Numbered from the stretch's first letter, positions 1 through 13,987 are shown. The stretch is 64,000 nucleotides of DNA from Octopus sinensis (GCF_006345805.1 NC_042998.1:180668001-180732000), one strand, 5' to 3'. Notes: a model not told the origin generated them from the letters alone. Program-made: numbers and translations.

Positions 1-1627
1 GGTGCTTATGGATTTTGTTTCTTTAGTTTGGAGAAATGTTTCCTAGTAATTTTCGGGTGCTGGTTTCAAAAGTGAAAACCATTTTCCTCTATCACGTTAA
101 AATTTTTCGTAAACTCAAATGTCCATTGTTCAACATTCTGTAAGAATAGTTTTGGCTTCATCAAATGCAGGCCCCTGTATGGAACTTGGCATAACATAAT
201 TTTTCAATATCATTAAAAATATGTGCAACTACAAAACTGAAAACAAAAGTCATGGTTTAAGTATCTTCAGTGAATAAAAACCATCAAACTTGAGCAACTT
301 TCACTATTTTCAATCTGACCAGTTTAAAATGTCATGGCAATCATAGAATTCTTTATACAATTACATGTTCATAAACGACAGAGTTCTGTGGTCCTTGACA
401 TCATGCATGTCTTATATTTATGGAATTTGTTTGCAGATATGCCCACGCTGTACTTTGTTTAGAATAACTATCATTGCAAACCAGGTGCAACATATTTTGT
501 TGAACCTTCTAGTATTTCTTATGAAAATTGGTATTTTGAATCACCTTTAATATTTAATTGAGGTCACATGCGTCAAGGCGATTTTTGTGAAGCATTGTCA
601 AAGGAATATTGAAAGAACTTCATGGTATGCACGCTCTTTATGAAATTTGCTATCACAAATCTGTATTTGCTTACATTCTAACAGCTGACAATTCTTGAAA
701 TGCTTTTCACGGGTGACAACTGGCTTCAGTATATGCTTTGTATCTCAGAAATATGGCCTGCTGCGAGAGAAGAGAATGCAGCAACTGGCCCGATGTCTTC
801 TGCTACATTTGTTGATGTTAAATTTTACCTAAACAGCGAAAGAATATCACAGATTTGTGAAGAAAGCTTGCCTTACTTCGGCATGAAACTGGGTGATCAA
901 GACAAAGTCTTGGCACCTCATACAGTGTGTAAGCCATGTGTTGAAGCACTGAGACGGTGACTAATTCAAATGTTTAAGCAGTAAGATTCCAGCTTTTGTC
1001 TTGTGAGAAAATTAATGTAGATGTGTTTAACTGGCTAGAAATTTAGTGTCTACTGCAGGACGTGCAGCTTTTTGAAGAACGTGTCTGGTGGTGAAAAAGA
1101 AACATGGAAAGCTTTTGCCACAGTTGTGTCTGATTTCCTGGGGAAAAGAAAGCCATTAAATTGTGCAGATCTTATTAAGCAGTTTTGGGGTACAGGACTG
1201 CAACAGCAGTGTAAAAGTGTATTTCCTGCCCAGTCATCTGGACTATTTCTCATAGAAAATCATTTTGTAATAAGTGATGTGCAAGGAGAAAGATTCTCTT
1301 CGAGACCACAAAGAATAGGTATCAATGCAGGTGGAACATAAACATGATAGTTGACTGCTTCTGGTCTCTGCAAAGAGACTGTCTTAATGCAAGTTATTCA
1401 CGTGAAGTAGCAAAGAGAAATTTCAAATAATAAAAGCAGCTGACCAACCCTATTACTTACGGGATATGCAATACAACTATACTTATTCAGAGTGTAAGCT
1501 TTAGAAAAAAAACTTTGACGAGATAGAAGGAAACTACTGTAGTTTTGAAATTCGCATGCCAATTTTAGTCTAAATCATGGGACAAAAGCAAACTCAACAG
1601 AAATTATGTTCAAAATTGTTCACCAGT
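1..1627 (+). mobile_element. Degenerate Chapaev3-type (CMC superfamily) DNA transposon relic
   Basis: Broken frames give CSNWPDVFCYIC* (from ATG at 753), YFGMKLGDQDKVLAPHTVCKPCVEALRR, ISDVQGERF and RYQCRWNINMIVDCFWSL, motifs I recognise from Chapaev3-like transposases. Imperfect subterminal inverted repeats lie at ~45-107 and ~1506-1570. The right end is ...ttgttcaccagt; the left end lies outside the window. Confidence 0.7.
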
Positions 1628-1724
1628 ATTCTTTGTTATTTTTGCTTCGTTTGGAGCAACAAGGCAGTGTGTCTATACTGGCGATGAGCTGAGAATAGTG
1701 GAGGATCATTCATATATGTATACA

Positions 1725-1873
1725 GCAGGTTTCTTTCAGTTTCCGTCGACCAGATCAACTCACTAGGTTTTGGTCGGCCCAAAGCTATTGTAGAAGACAC
1801 TCCAAGTTGCCACGCAGTGGAACTGAACCCAGAACCATATACTTGAGAAGCGCGTTTCGTACCACACAGCCAC
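1725..1873 (-). mobile_element. tRNA-derived SINE, family B (5' part)
   Basis: Reverse complement gtggctgtgtggta...gggttcagttccactgcgtggc...gtcttctac has A/B-box-like head and matches the copies at 48555 and 57098. Confidence 0.75.
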
Positions 1874-2583
1874 CCTTGGACCTACCTAATGTTTCTTTCA
1901 TATATTTTTCCTATCTAATTTTACTTTGTCATATGTGATATAATGTGAGCTAGTGATTCGTTATTGGGGATACATGGTCAGCTATCAACAAAGTATGGTA
2001 CTCAACACAACTGTTATATACAGGAATTTTACATCTTTCGACTTGACTTTGCATCTGGATTAGTAAATTACATTAGTCATTTGAAGGTTATTTCAACGGC
2101 TTGCAATTTTGAATGTTATTGTTGATGTGGAGAATTTTGCCTTACGTGGCTTTTTCTAATAAATTATTAGAATTGATTTATGGCTGAGTGTAATACATAT
2201 TGTGCTCTGCTAAAATATATTTTTTTTTAAAGTAAAGGATTCATTTGTTTTATAGCCATCGTGCATTTGCATCAGATAATATACTTTATGTTCGGGTTAT
2301 TAGTTTTTACTGGTTCTCTGTATGTTGTTTTCATTGTATCGAATTTCTTTCAATAATGTTGCATGATATTAGATCTGTGTCGTCAAAAGTATTAGCAAAG
2401 ACGTTACTAGCTACAGTTTGTTTTAAACTATGGATTTCTTTGCGTTCTGCTACGTAATTTTTTGTTGGGGTCTATTTTGTGTTTTTTTTTTTAGTAAAAT
2501 CTAAACATTTTTCTTTGAAATAAATTTATGGCTAAAGTGTTATATCTTAAGTTTTATATCTATTCATTATTTTCATTTGTATA

Positions 2584-2660
2584 TAGATTCAGTTATACTG
2601 ATAAAATAAATAGATTTAGTTATACTGATAAAATAAATAGATTCAGTTATACTGATAAAA
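2584..2660. repeat. 27-bp minisatellite, ~3 copies
   Basis: Unit tagattcagttatactgataaaataaa repeated; explains the RFSYTDKIN repeat in the ORF track. Confidence 0.9.
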
Positions 2661-2831
2661 TTTATGCATTATTTCTCTTTCTTATATTCATACTGCAGAA
2701 TGGGATTGATGAACCACTTAAATTTTAACTTACATTCAATACTTGGGTTTAAAATAGTTACTTTACGAAGTGTTTTCTTTGTCTGAAAACTTCTACCTTA
2801 TGATTGTTGGTGTATACTGAATTTATTGTAG

Positions 2832-2912
<81 letters not shown>

Positions 2913-4664
2913 ATATATAAATTTTCTAAAGCAAAAATATAAGTATCGTTCGTTTAATATACTTTTTGCTTATGTTATTTACGTGCCTAATTTTTAGCAC
3001 TTAGAGCTCTAATCAAACAGAGTACCAAACAACGGAATGACTGGCCATCACAACCGGCGGCCGCTCCTGACGATTATTTTTTTAAATGATATTTAACTGT
3101 CCTGGAGAGGGATTGATGATACTCTCCAATAGGCAAACACGTAAACAATTTTCTTTCATATGGCAGATAGGTTATGGTGCTAACCAACTTTTCACCAAGT
3201 ACATTTTCGATGTCTGCTCTCTCTAAATGTTCCCTTCCTTCCCCATCCTTGTCATTTGATAAACACATACATGCATTCACACGCACACACTACACGCGCG
3301 CGCGTGCGTGTGTGTATGCATGCAAATATTCATGAATGTACATAGATATAAATGTACATAGATATAAATGTATGCTGGACATCTGCAGTATTTGGCTTTT
3401 TATTTACGGTAATATGTAACTACTTTGTTCGTTTAATGACTGTGTCATCGTTGATAGTCCAGCCACACCACTGAGTTTTATCATTGCGATAGCAAGAGAA
3501 AAGACCAGTGCCACCAAAATTCAAAGCGGTAGCAGTGGCTATCTCCGCCATTGTCTCCGCAGTTGGACAGGAACAGGTGTTGAGCCACGGATGAAGCGAC
3601 GTTACGGTGCTGTTCTCGCAACACTTTTACCATATCAATTAAAAAATTAACAAACTAGTAGCTCCAGGTTAATGAAGACATCTTAGAAATATCTTCGACA
3701 CAGACGGATAACAGAAACACACACACATACCTATATACTTGGATACACACATATCTGAGTAAGTCTGGATGATCACGGTAACATAAAATAAAATAAAAAA
3801 ATATGCATATTTTCATTTCATGCATACTTTCCTTTCATTTATTCTTCAGAGACATTGATTACAACCACAAATACATTGATTTAAATGAATTAAGATTTAC
3901 TTTATGTGTAGATTTACTCATGTGTAGAGTTACCACACATCCAACCAAAAACACACACACATGTGTATGAGCGCATTTGTGTATCTTCATGCATATATAA
4001 TTACTAATTAGTCCGATGGTGAATAGAGTATTGTCCATGGACTTTACATATATGCTAATATAACAGAAAAAGAAGTGGTTGATGTCCAGTTTCAACTTAC
4101 ATAAGCACGCGTGCCTGTACAAACTTGCGTGTATGAATTTGTTTCTCGTATGTATGCAGGTTTTTATATGCGAATAATTTTGAATTTATAGGTAGAAGAC
4201 TGGGCCACACTATCGTAAAGGATAAATAACTGCAGATAATCAGAGTATCTCATCATTCCGGCAACACTCTCTTCATGTTAAATATCATTGTTTCATACTT
4301 CAGGTGCTGTTGAAAACAGGAAAACTTAACTGTCATTTTCTCCACTCTCTCATAATTTACCCAAAGGCAAAATTCTCTCTGAACAACACGCAGCTTCAGG
4401 TGCTATATAAAAGTTTTTTTCTCTGCAATTAAGTTTTCTTTGAAAATATATACTAAAACCCCAACTTCCTTTACCCACTTTAGGCCAAATAACGAGAAAT
4501 TTGCTGATATTCTTACCATTCTAAAGAGCAGCCGATAAGGAGATTTCTGCAGCTTTCTCCCAAGGACTCGATCATCATCTATGTTGAAATGGTTTGTTAA
4601 AACACAAATATATATTTGTTGCAGGTTGTGCGCATAAACGATTGAGTATACTTCGATATATTAC

Positions 4665-4885
4665 CTGGCAGAACCGTTAGCACGCCGGGCGAAATGCGTA
4701 GCCGTATTTCGTCTACCGTTACGTTCCGAGTTCAAATTCCGCCGAGGTCGACTTTGCCTTTCATCCTTTCGGGGTCGATAAATTAAGTACCAGTTACGCA
4801 CTGGGGTCGATATAATCGACTTAAATTCGTTTGTCTGTCCTTGTTTGTCCCCTCTATGTTTAGCCCCTTGTGGGTAGTAAAGAAA
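4665..4885 (+). mobile_element. tRNA-derived SINE, family A
   Basis: ctggcagaaccgttagc A-box and gagttcaaattcc B-box, core gtcgactttgcctttcatcctttcggggtcgataaattaagtaccag; flanked by atatattac duplication; many copies in window. Confidence 0.9.
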
Positions 4886-5194
4886 TATATATTACTGTAC
4901 ATTTTTCTATCGGCCAAACCAACTCCAGTGGGATTCGAATAAGGAAAGTAGCAGACTAATGATATGATAATTAAAAGGTGTTTCTCAATCCATGTTTGTT
5001 TTTTTTTATAGTCTGAATGTTTTCCAATCACATCAAATAGATTAATAACAGAAACAATTCAACTGCCAACTAAAAGCAATAAACTTGGAAAATAATAAGC
5101 ATCTCCAACACTGACACTTCAAGCCAAATAATAAAAACGGCAAGAACAAAAGTATGGATATTTAAGAATAATGAGAGACATTAATTAGTTTGGT

Positions 5195-5425
5195 GTGTTC
5201 TCTCTTTCTCTCTTTCTCTCTCTCTCTCTCATTCTCTCTTTCTCTCGCTTCCTCTCTCTCTCTGCTTCTCTCTGTTTATCCATGCAACTATATATCTCTT
5301 TCTAATTCATTAATTTAAGCCCCACATCTATGTGTGTGTGTGTGTGTGGGCGTGTGTGTGTGTGGGCGTGTGTGTGTGGGCGTGTGTGTGTAGGCGTGTG
5401 TGTGTAGGCGTGTGTGTGTGTGCGC

Positions 5426-5468
<43 letters not shown>

Positions 5469-6245
5469 ATCGCTGTAATATCATTTCTCTGCAATATCAT
5501 TCTTTGCAATATCATTTCTCAAGGATCATCAATATAGTTAGTCACAGCTGTCGATCTGTCATAATCATTCGACTATCATTAATATCAGCCTAATTTACAC
5601 ACACAAACACACACACACACACACACATACACATACAAACACATTTCTCTGTCTCTATCTCTGTTTCTGTCTCTGTCTGTCTTTCTTTCTTTTTCTCTTT
5701 CTGACAGTCTTTCTCTCTCTTTTCCTCTCGCCCTCTTTATCACGATCTCTCCACCTCTCTCTTTCTCTCACTCTCTACCTTTTTCTCCTTTCTCTCCTTT
5801 CTCTCCCTCTCTACCTTTTTCTCCTTTCTCTCCTTTCTCTCCCTCTCTACCTTTTTCTCCTTTCTCTCCCTCTCTACCTTTTTCTCCTCTCTCTCCCTCT
5901 CTACCTTTTTCTCCTCTCTCTCTCTCTCTCTCACACATGCACAAACCCTTTCTCTCACCCTCACTCTCATTCCCTCCCTCTTTTCTATTGATTTTATTGC
6001 TACCTCCTTTCTCTGCAACTTCCCATTTGTCTCACTCTCCAGATTCTCTGATACTTTATCCTTCACTCTCATCCATCTTCAGTCCATATATTTAAAAAAA
6101 AGAAAATTCTACCAATTCTTCGTCATTATTGTCGTATCATCTCTTTCTTGCATTCTTTCTCTCCCCTCCTCACTCTCTCTCTTTTTCTGTCTCTCTCTCT
6201 CTGTCTCTCTCTCTCTCTCTCTCCACTCCTATATTCTCCTCTCCG
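5195..6245. repeat. (CT)n/(GT)n/(CA)n microsatellites and pyrimidine-rich minisatellite (5745-5930)
   Basis: Direct reading; unit resembling ctctctacctttttctcctttctctc. Confidence 0.9.
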
Positions 6246-6559
6246 TTCCGTTCTCTCTCTTACCTTGTTCTCAATAATTCAAAGATTCATCGGTTTATTT
6301 TTGTTTTCTTCTTTGGTCATTTATTTCTTCATGAAATACCATTTCAGCAATGATGAATTGAGTGTCAAATTTGTGTTCCCTCAACGAAATTTAAAGAAAG
6401 GAAAAAAAAAATTTCATATAGATAAATGTGTTTGTGTGTCTCTATAAATGCGCGCATGTATATATAAATATATATATACACACACCAAACACGCACCTAC
6501 ACACACATACACACATATACACTCACACATATATATAAATTTGTCTCTACATATGTGTG

Positions 6560-7067
<508 letters not shown>

Positions 7068-7785
7068 CATACTGTATATATATATGTGCATGTGTGTGAA
7101 CTTCTAGGACTATCTCTTTACCTTCTCCTCCTCTCTTTCTCTTTCTTTCTGTTTGCCAGTATTGCCAATCCACTGAGGAATCAATCTTTTAGCCTTTGAT
7201 ACATATGTATATGCATAGACAGATACATGAATGCATACAGACACATACACACGCACAAGCACATATACATACGTACACACACAGATATTATACATACATT
7301 TATATATAACCCTATTAATAAGGTTTTTTTTATCGACATTGTTGATTTCTTTATTAAAACATGAGTAATTTTACCTTTTATTCCTTCCTACTCAGTAAAT
7401 GGAAGTTTTGTCTTTGTAATAAATCATTATACGTAATGATGGTGATTGTGCATTAAGTATGGAAGGCCAAAGGGCCTATAAGTGACACAAGATATCAATA
7501 ATCCAGCAAAACAAGAATAAAACTTGGATTGCGAAATTTAGAATTACGTTCAAATCTCAGAAGACGGTAGTCTAGAAAACATCTTACTTTTGTTTAGGAT
7601 TGATTAGTGTGCACCCATCCGTAACCGTCAAAGATCAAATTATGTTTGTTTCCACGCTGTGTACCTGCTGCTCTGGTCCATATAGCGTTTTTCGTTCTTT
7701 CTTGTCTTATAACTCGGTCTCATCTCTGACAACACAACCGTCGTGTTTCATGTTACAGTAAGAAATAACTGAAATGTCTGTCTAA

Positions 7786-8016
7786 GACGGCGAGATGGCA
7801 GAAACGTCAGCATGCCGGGCGAAATGCTAAGCGATATTTCGTCTGTCTTTATGTTCTGAGTTCAAATTCCGCCGAGGTCGTCTTTGCCTTTCATCCTTTC
7901 AGGGTCGATGAATTAAGTACCAGTTACGCACTGAGGTCGATGTAATCGACTTAATCTCTTTGTCTGTCCTTGTTTGTCCCCTCTATGTGTAGCCCCTTGT
8001 GGGAAATAAAGAAATA
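7786..8016 (+). mobile_element. SINE family A
   Basis: Near-identical to 4665-4885 including the tail ...agccccttgtggg...aaagaaata. Confidence 0.9.
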
Positions 8017-8784
8017 AGAAAGCAATAACTGAAAGTCATTCTCACGGTCAACATGTCGATCTTCGTTTTTTAAAAAAAAATATTCTAATTTGCCAACTAG
8101 CAACCTCTCTAAACTAATTTTTATTGCTTCTTTATTTTTAAGCGTTTTCGATACTAGTCTAATTGGCCCTATTAGGAAAAAACCCCTCACTGTTCATAAT
8201 GAGCGCCCTCGACAACTGACACATTCGGTAATTCCCTATATGAATATAGATTACACTAGCCGGGCTCCTGTCTGCGTTTCCTGTCTAGACCATCTCTCAC
8301 ATCGAAAACTTTGTTCTGTGTAGTGACTGCTTAAAATTGTTGGTCATCTTCACCATTTCCACTGTTGACAAGACGAATACTTTATCAGATACTAACTGAA
8401 TGAATTGATACAGTTGCTCGATACTTGTAAGACAGATTGAACTATATGAATAGGTTTGCAGTCCTTTGCATACCTTTTCAATCAGTTAAATCAAAACAAA
8501 TCCAGTATGTATCTGAATTATCATTTAAAATTTTTTTATCGGTTGTAAAAATTATGGCGTTCTCCATGAACTCTTCCATACACTTTTAAATTTTTGAATT
8601 CATTTGATTCCTCGCTTTGCTATATTAGGCGGATCAGACCTTTATCTGTTTCTATTAGATGGAAAATATAACGAAAGTTTTTATTTATATACATTTGTCT
8701 TTAAACCGCCTTCAACTATTTATTTTTGCATGCGTCAGTTTCTTCATTCTTTGATATTCAGTGCTTATATATCTCTCGTTCTCC

Positions 8785-9712
8785 GGATCTTTTCAAATTT
8801 GTGGCCAGGACCCCAGATCTTTCTAGTTAACTAAATAATTTGAAACTTCGTGTACTCATAGAGTGGAACTAGTTTATTCGCCAGTTGGAACTAGTTTATT
8901 TGAGAAAAATCTATTTTATGACTTTAATCGTAGATTAAAACTGCGAATTTTAACCAATGAGATTGCTTGTTTTCATATCTAAAACGTTACTGCGATCTGT
9001 TTGTGTGACGTTGAAAGCAGTTTTGTGACGTAGTTGAAGACGGCTTATAAGTACGTGTGTTGAAGTCTGGTGTGTGTGTGTGATGATAGGCAAAATCGAC
9101 CTCGGCGGAATTTGAACTCAGAACGTAACGGCAGACGAAATACGGCTACGCATTTCGCCCGACGTGCTAACGTTTCTGCCAGCTCTTTGCTTTTTTAATA
9201 TTAAATTTCTTGCCTTTTGCACAAATAAATACAATAAGTGAAATGAAACGCATTAGCTTAGAAACGAAATCTTGTTAGAAGCCTCGTCAATGAGATGCCA
9301 CTTCTTAATAGCAAACGAAAGCAAGTACTAACAGAATGGAAACATTTTCAATTTAATACATGTGGCTTATAACTAGTTTTAAATATTGTTATTAGAAGGT
9401 GGCTGACTATAGGATCCTGGAAACATGAGTACGTTAAATAATTAGAAGGATGCGCTTGTTTACATTTAAGATGTTTAATACGTCACGAAATTGGTGGTCG
9501 AGACGGAGTAAATAAAATAAAGCCGAATGACGGAATATCATTGGTTAAAATTCTAATTATTAAACAACGTTAAACTTAGAAGTTACAATTCCGTTTTCAT
9601 TCTGGTTTACAATTAAGTTTACTTTTGACACATTCTACCAGTATACGAAGTTTCAAATTGTTTGGTTCAGTAGGAAAAATTTGAAAAACTGGCTTCAGAA
9701 TAGAAAAGATCC
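8785..9712. mobile_element. Non-autonomous TIR element, Merlin-like
   Basis: Ends ggatcttttc...gaaaagatcc with extended imperfect TIRs (aatttgaaacttcgtgtact / agtatacgaagtttcaaatt). Perfect 8-bp TSD cgttctcc at 8777-8784 and 9713-9720. 5'-GG termini plus 8-9 bp TSD are Merlin hallmarks. Confidence 0.8.
9088..9185 (-). mobile_element. SINE family A 5' fragment nested in the Merlin-like element
   Basis: Reverse complement of the family A head and B-box. Confidence 0.85.
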
Positions 9713-9892
9713 CGTTCTCCTAAATGACATTCTGTAGCATTGCCTGAGCGACATTCCTATCCGATTTGTAAACGAGCCGCAAGGTTTCTCATCTCCCACT
9801 GAGCTGATCATTTCTTCGCGACTTTTGTTGCACTGGCACTTGTCTTCTTTTAGTCGTTGTTGTTATTATTCTACCAATTAAGGCGGCGAGCT

Positions 9893-10397
9893 GGATCGAG
9901 TTTTTTTTTCATTCGCAAAATATGCCTTTTTTAAAAGGAAATAAAAAAAATCTGAAAATCGGCTATAATAATATAGCCTTTGAAGGTATGATTTTGTGGA
10001 GAAAAATATTGGAGAAAAAAGTTAGAGGTTCAAAAATCGTAAAAACTGTATTTTTAGCCAATAGCAAGACAGAAATTTTCTCCGTTTAGCGCAACGGTGT
10101 CAACTTTAAGGTTGTACCCTGTAAAATTTATAGTTTAGCGTCTGACCTGTTCAGTGTAGGTTTCTAAATAAACAGAAATACCTAATAAAATCAATATGTA
10201 TCATCTTACTGCTTCTTTTGTCACTTTACTGATTGTATATTTTTATCATGTTTTAAAAATTTGTTATATTAATATATTTGTCTGCATATGTTTTCTTTAT
10301 TCGTATTTCTGAATCATGTATACCTGTCATGTATTTGTGTACATCATTAATGTGTGTGTGTATGTGTGTGTGTGTGTTGTGTGTGTGTGTGTGTGTG

Positions 10398-10453
<56 letters not shown>

Positions 10454-11156
10454 TGAGTAACGTTTTCATGCATGGATTTGTAAGCTACGACTAAGATGAC
10501 ACTGGTTAACAAAGAATTTTTTCCAAGGAAAAGAATACCCGTTTCTTATGTTTTTGCATGCAGAATTCAAACATAATGTCAAATTATGTTTCTCTGTTCC
10601 ACGATATCCCTCTCAGTTCCTGTTACGTAGGCTAAATTTCAGTTAAGCTGTTAAAATGTGAAGCTAACGGTTTAAGAAATACTCCTAATTTAAATTTCTA
10701 CTAATAGAATTAACCTAGTGAAATCATAAATCCAGCTATCTGTGTCAATGAGTCCCAAAAATATATCAAATGAAAAATATTTTAAAATACTAACACACAG
10801 AAGCACAGAAAAATATGTAATATACTAACACACAGAAAAATTAAAATAAAACACGCGTGTGAAAAGAATCTCTTGTGAAGAATCAAGTGTGAAAAATCAA
10901 AATAAACAACAGCGGCACAGACAACAGTGAACCACAACACAGCGTGCGGTTGTCATGGTAACTATTTGCTAACGCCACGCTGTCTGTTGATTCGCTAAAA
11001 TTACCCACATTTTCCAACTTTAATTCCAAATAACATCAGATTCTTTAATCAGATTCATAATCAAAATTCAGAGTTGCAACGAAACACTAAAACTGAAAGC
11101 AATCTAAGCAAAATTAAGCGGGGTGGTCATTTTGTGAATGAGAAAAGACTAGATCC
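9893..11156. mobile_element. Second Merlin-like non-autonomous TIR element, inserted in a SINE head
   Basis: TIRs ggatcgagtttttttttcattcgcaaaat / attttgtgaatgagaaaagactagatcc. TSD ggcgagct (9885-9892) versus gacgagct (11157-11164). The SINE A head ggcggcgagct lies on the left and the SINE body resumes on the right. Confidence 0.75.
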
Positions 11157-11335
11157 GACGAGCTTATCAGCGTTTCACCTGTCACTACGTTCTGAGTTCA
11201 AATTCTGTCGAAGTTGACTTTGTCTTTCATCCTTTCAGGGTTGATAAATTAAGTACCAGTGAAACACTGGGGTCGGTGCAATCGATTAGTCCCCTCCCCA
11301 AGAAATTTCAGGCTTTGCGACTATGGTTAAAATAT
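11157..11335 (+). mobile_element. SINE family A body (split by the 9893-11156 insertion)
   Basis: acgttctgagttcaaattc...ctttcatcctttcaggggttgataaattaagtaccag. Confidence 0.8.
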
Positions 11336-11631
11336 TATTGTTCTAGTAATGAATACCACCTTCCGTGGTGCCGGAGCCAGAGGATGTAGTGGAAGTATGG
11401 TTGGTGGTAGATCTGCTCTTGTGGTAACAGTAATTGTTTCGGGAACTTTCGGAAAACTTGTCACTGAAAGAAAGTGTTGTTATTATTTCCCATTCTTTAT
11501 TCATGCTGTTGTTGCTGTTGTAGCCATTATTGCTGGTCATGATGTCGGGTGGTTTCTGTTTGCCACGTGGCTGCTGTTTTTGTTGTTGCTTTTGTTGTTG
11601 TTGTTGTTGTTGTTCTTGTTGTTCTTGTTCT

Positions 11632-11708
11632 TGTTCTTGTTTGTCGTTAACACAAAGTTTCGGCTGATATACTCTCCAGTCTGTATCAGATGTGTTGGGG
11701 AAATTTCG
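11632..11708 (-). mobile_element. Penelope-like terminal fragment with degenerate minimal hammerhead
   Basis: Matches 13792-13862. Minus strand acat-ctgataca-gactgg...tcagcc-gaaacttt-gtgt. Flanked by (TTG)n and (GGT)n. Confidence 0.6.
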
Positions 11709-11884
11709 TGTGGTGGTGGTGGTGGTGGTGGTGGTGGTGGTGGTTATGGTGGTGGTGGTGGTGGTGGTGGTGGCGGCGGCGGTGGTGGTGGTGGTGGTGG
11801 TGGTGGTGGTGGTGGTGGTGGTGGTGATGGTGGTGGCGGCGGCGGCGGTGGTGTGGTGGTGGTGGTGGTGGTGGTGGTGGTGGT
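11709..11884. repeat. (GGT)n/(GGC)n trinucleotide array
   Basis: Direct reading; source of the poly-G/P/V/H ORFs. Confidence 0.95.
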
Positions 11885-12271
11885 ACTTTCACCTGTCGCA
11901 GTGTAGGCAGTGTTATTTGAAATTGGACTGTTGACTGAGATATTCGTTCCTTGAAATAGCGAAGAGAAAGATTTCATTAGCTGCTCGAATCGCCATCCAC
12001 TCCACTCTTTTGTTGTCAGGCTTGCATAGACGCCATCATACTGAATGTTATTGAAATTGCTGAGTGGGAAGAAGAAAAACTTTTAATAATATAGACTCAA
12101 AGGCTGACAAACTGCATAAATTGACCAATCCTTAATGGTCGTGTCAGCAACAAAGGAGTCGATAAATCAACAATAACAAAATCCTAGAGAGCAAAATTAT
12201 CGACGAATTTTTAAAAACGTTTTGGGTGTGTACCAAACTACATCTTGCGCGGATAGAAGCAAATAACAATA

Positions 12272-12383
<112 letters not shown>

Positions 12384-12390
12384 GATAATA

Positions 12391-12783
12391 ATCCTTTGTA
12401 CTGGAGGCACAGGGCCTCAAATTTAGGGGGGGACTAGTCGATTACATCGACCCTAGTGTTTCACTGATACTTAATATATCGACAGCGAAAGTATGAAAGG
12501 CAAAGTCCACTTCGGCGGAATTTGAACCCAGGACGTAACGGCAGGCGAAATAACTATTTCTCTACTACCCACAAGGGGCTAAACACAGAGGGAACAAACA
12601 AGGACAGACAAACGGATTAAGTCGATTACATCGACCCCAGTGCGTAACTGGTACTTAATTTATCGACCCCGAAAGGATGAAAGGCAAAGTCGACCTCGAC
12701 GGAATTTGAACTCAGAACATAACGGCAGGCGAAATGCCGCTAAGCATTTCGCTCGACCTGCTAACGATTCCGTCAGCTCACCA
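12391..12783 (-). mobile_element. Dimeric SINE family A
   Basis: Full monomer plus tail fused to a second, head-truncated monomer; same junction as 48872-49252. Confidence 0.8.
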
Positions 12784-12808
12784 AAATAATTATAATTATA
12801 ACAACAAC

Positions 12809-12880
<72 letters not shown>

Positions 12881-12884
<4 letters not shown>

Positions 12885-13720
12885 TAGTTTTATTTTATTT
12901 TTATAGCGTGCTTTCACTTCACTACCGAGCGCAGCTCTGTGTGCCTTGGGTATGTGCTGTGATTTGTTGTGATGCTCTGATGGTTATTGTATGGAAAGTG
13001 TTCTGCGTAGGATGTGTGCAGTGCCTAGTAGTGCAATTTTCTGTATGTTATATGTGTTTGTAAGTCCTGGTGTTTTTGTTATGTATTTGTCTGAATATTT
13101 TTTTATCATGCCTAATGCACCTACTATGATAGGAATTGTTTCTGTTTTCAGATTCCACATTCTGGTTACCTCTATTTCCAGGTCTTTGTATTTTGAGAGT
13201 TTCTCCATTTCTTTTAGAGACACGTTGTCATCTGCCGGTACTGATACTTCAATTAGAAAGCATTTTTTTTCTTCATGGTCTCTGACAACTATATCTGGTC
13301 TGTTGGCCTTAATTTCTCTATCTGTGTGTATCGGCATATCCCAGAGTATGGTTGCTTTCTCGTTTTCTGTGACCTTTTCTGGTGTATGCCTATACCATCT
13401 TTTTTCTGTTGTTATTCCATAATGTTGGCATAGCTTCCAATGTATGTAAGTTCCAACTCTGTCATGTCTGTGAATATATTCCTTCTTAGCCAGGACTGGG
13501 CAGCTAGAGATAATATGATTTATTGTTTCTTGTCCATCTCCACATATTCTGCAGTTACTCGTAATATTTCTTTTCATTACATGTTTTTGGTAATTTCTGG
13601 TGGGGAGGCTTTGGTCTTGTGCTGCAATTAAAAATCCCTCTGTCTCTGCTTTGAGTCCTGAGCTTCTCAACCATTGCTGGGATTTTTCTTTGTCTATTTC
13701 TTTTGCGTTTAGTTTAGTCC

Positions 13721-13722
<2 letters not shown>
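12881..13722 (-). mobile_element. 5'-truncated R4/Dong-type non-LTR retrotransposon (CCHC knuckle plus RLE endonuclease)
   Basis: ORF 12984-13670: CRICGDGQETINHIISSC, RHD, KANRPDIVVRD...LIEVSVP...KLSKYKDL; bounded by (AAT)n on both sides. Confidence 0.9.
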
Positions 13723-13785
<63 letters not shown>

Positions 13786-13804
13786 CCTCATCTTGTTTGT
13801 CGTT

Positions 13805-13850
13805 AACACAAAGTTTCGTCTAATATACCCTCCAGTCTTCATCAGATGTC
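13805..13850 (-). ncRNA. Minimal type I hammerhead motif (degenerate stem II)
   Basis: acat-ctgatga-agactggagggtatattagac-gaaacttt-gtgt. Confidence 0.6.
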
Positions 13851-13917
13851 TTGGGGATATTTCGAATCTACGTTCTCATTCCTAAGGTATTTTTCGATGC
13901 TATTATCATCATCATCA

Positions 13918-13962
<45 letters not shown>

Positions 13963-13987
13963 TATTATTATTATTATCATCATTATT

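Noticed and set aside
2584-2660. CRISPR-like repeat
   Set aside because: Contiguous units without spacers in eukaryotic DNA.
11349-11977. 185-aa glycine-rich ORF with hydrophobic stretch
   Set aside because: Built from (TTG)n, a retroelement terminus and (GGT)n; no coding signal.
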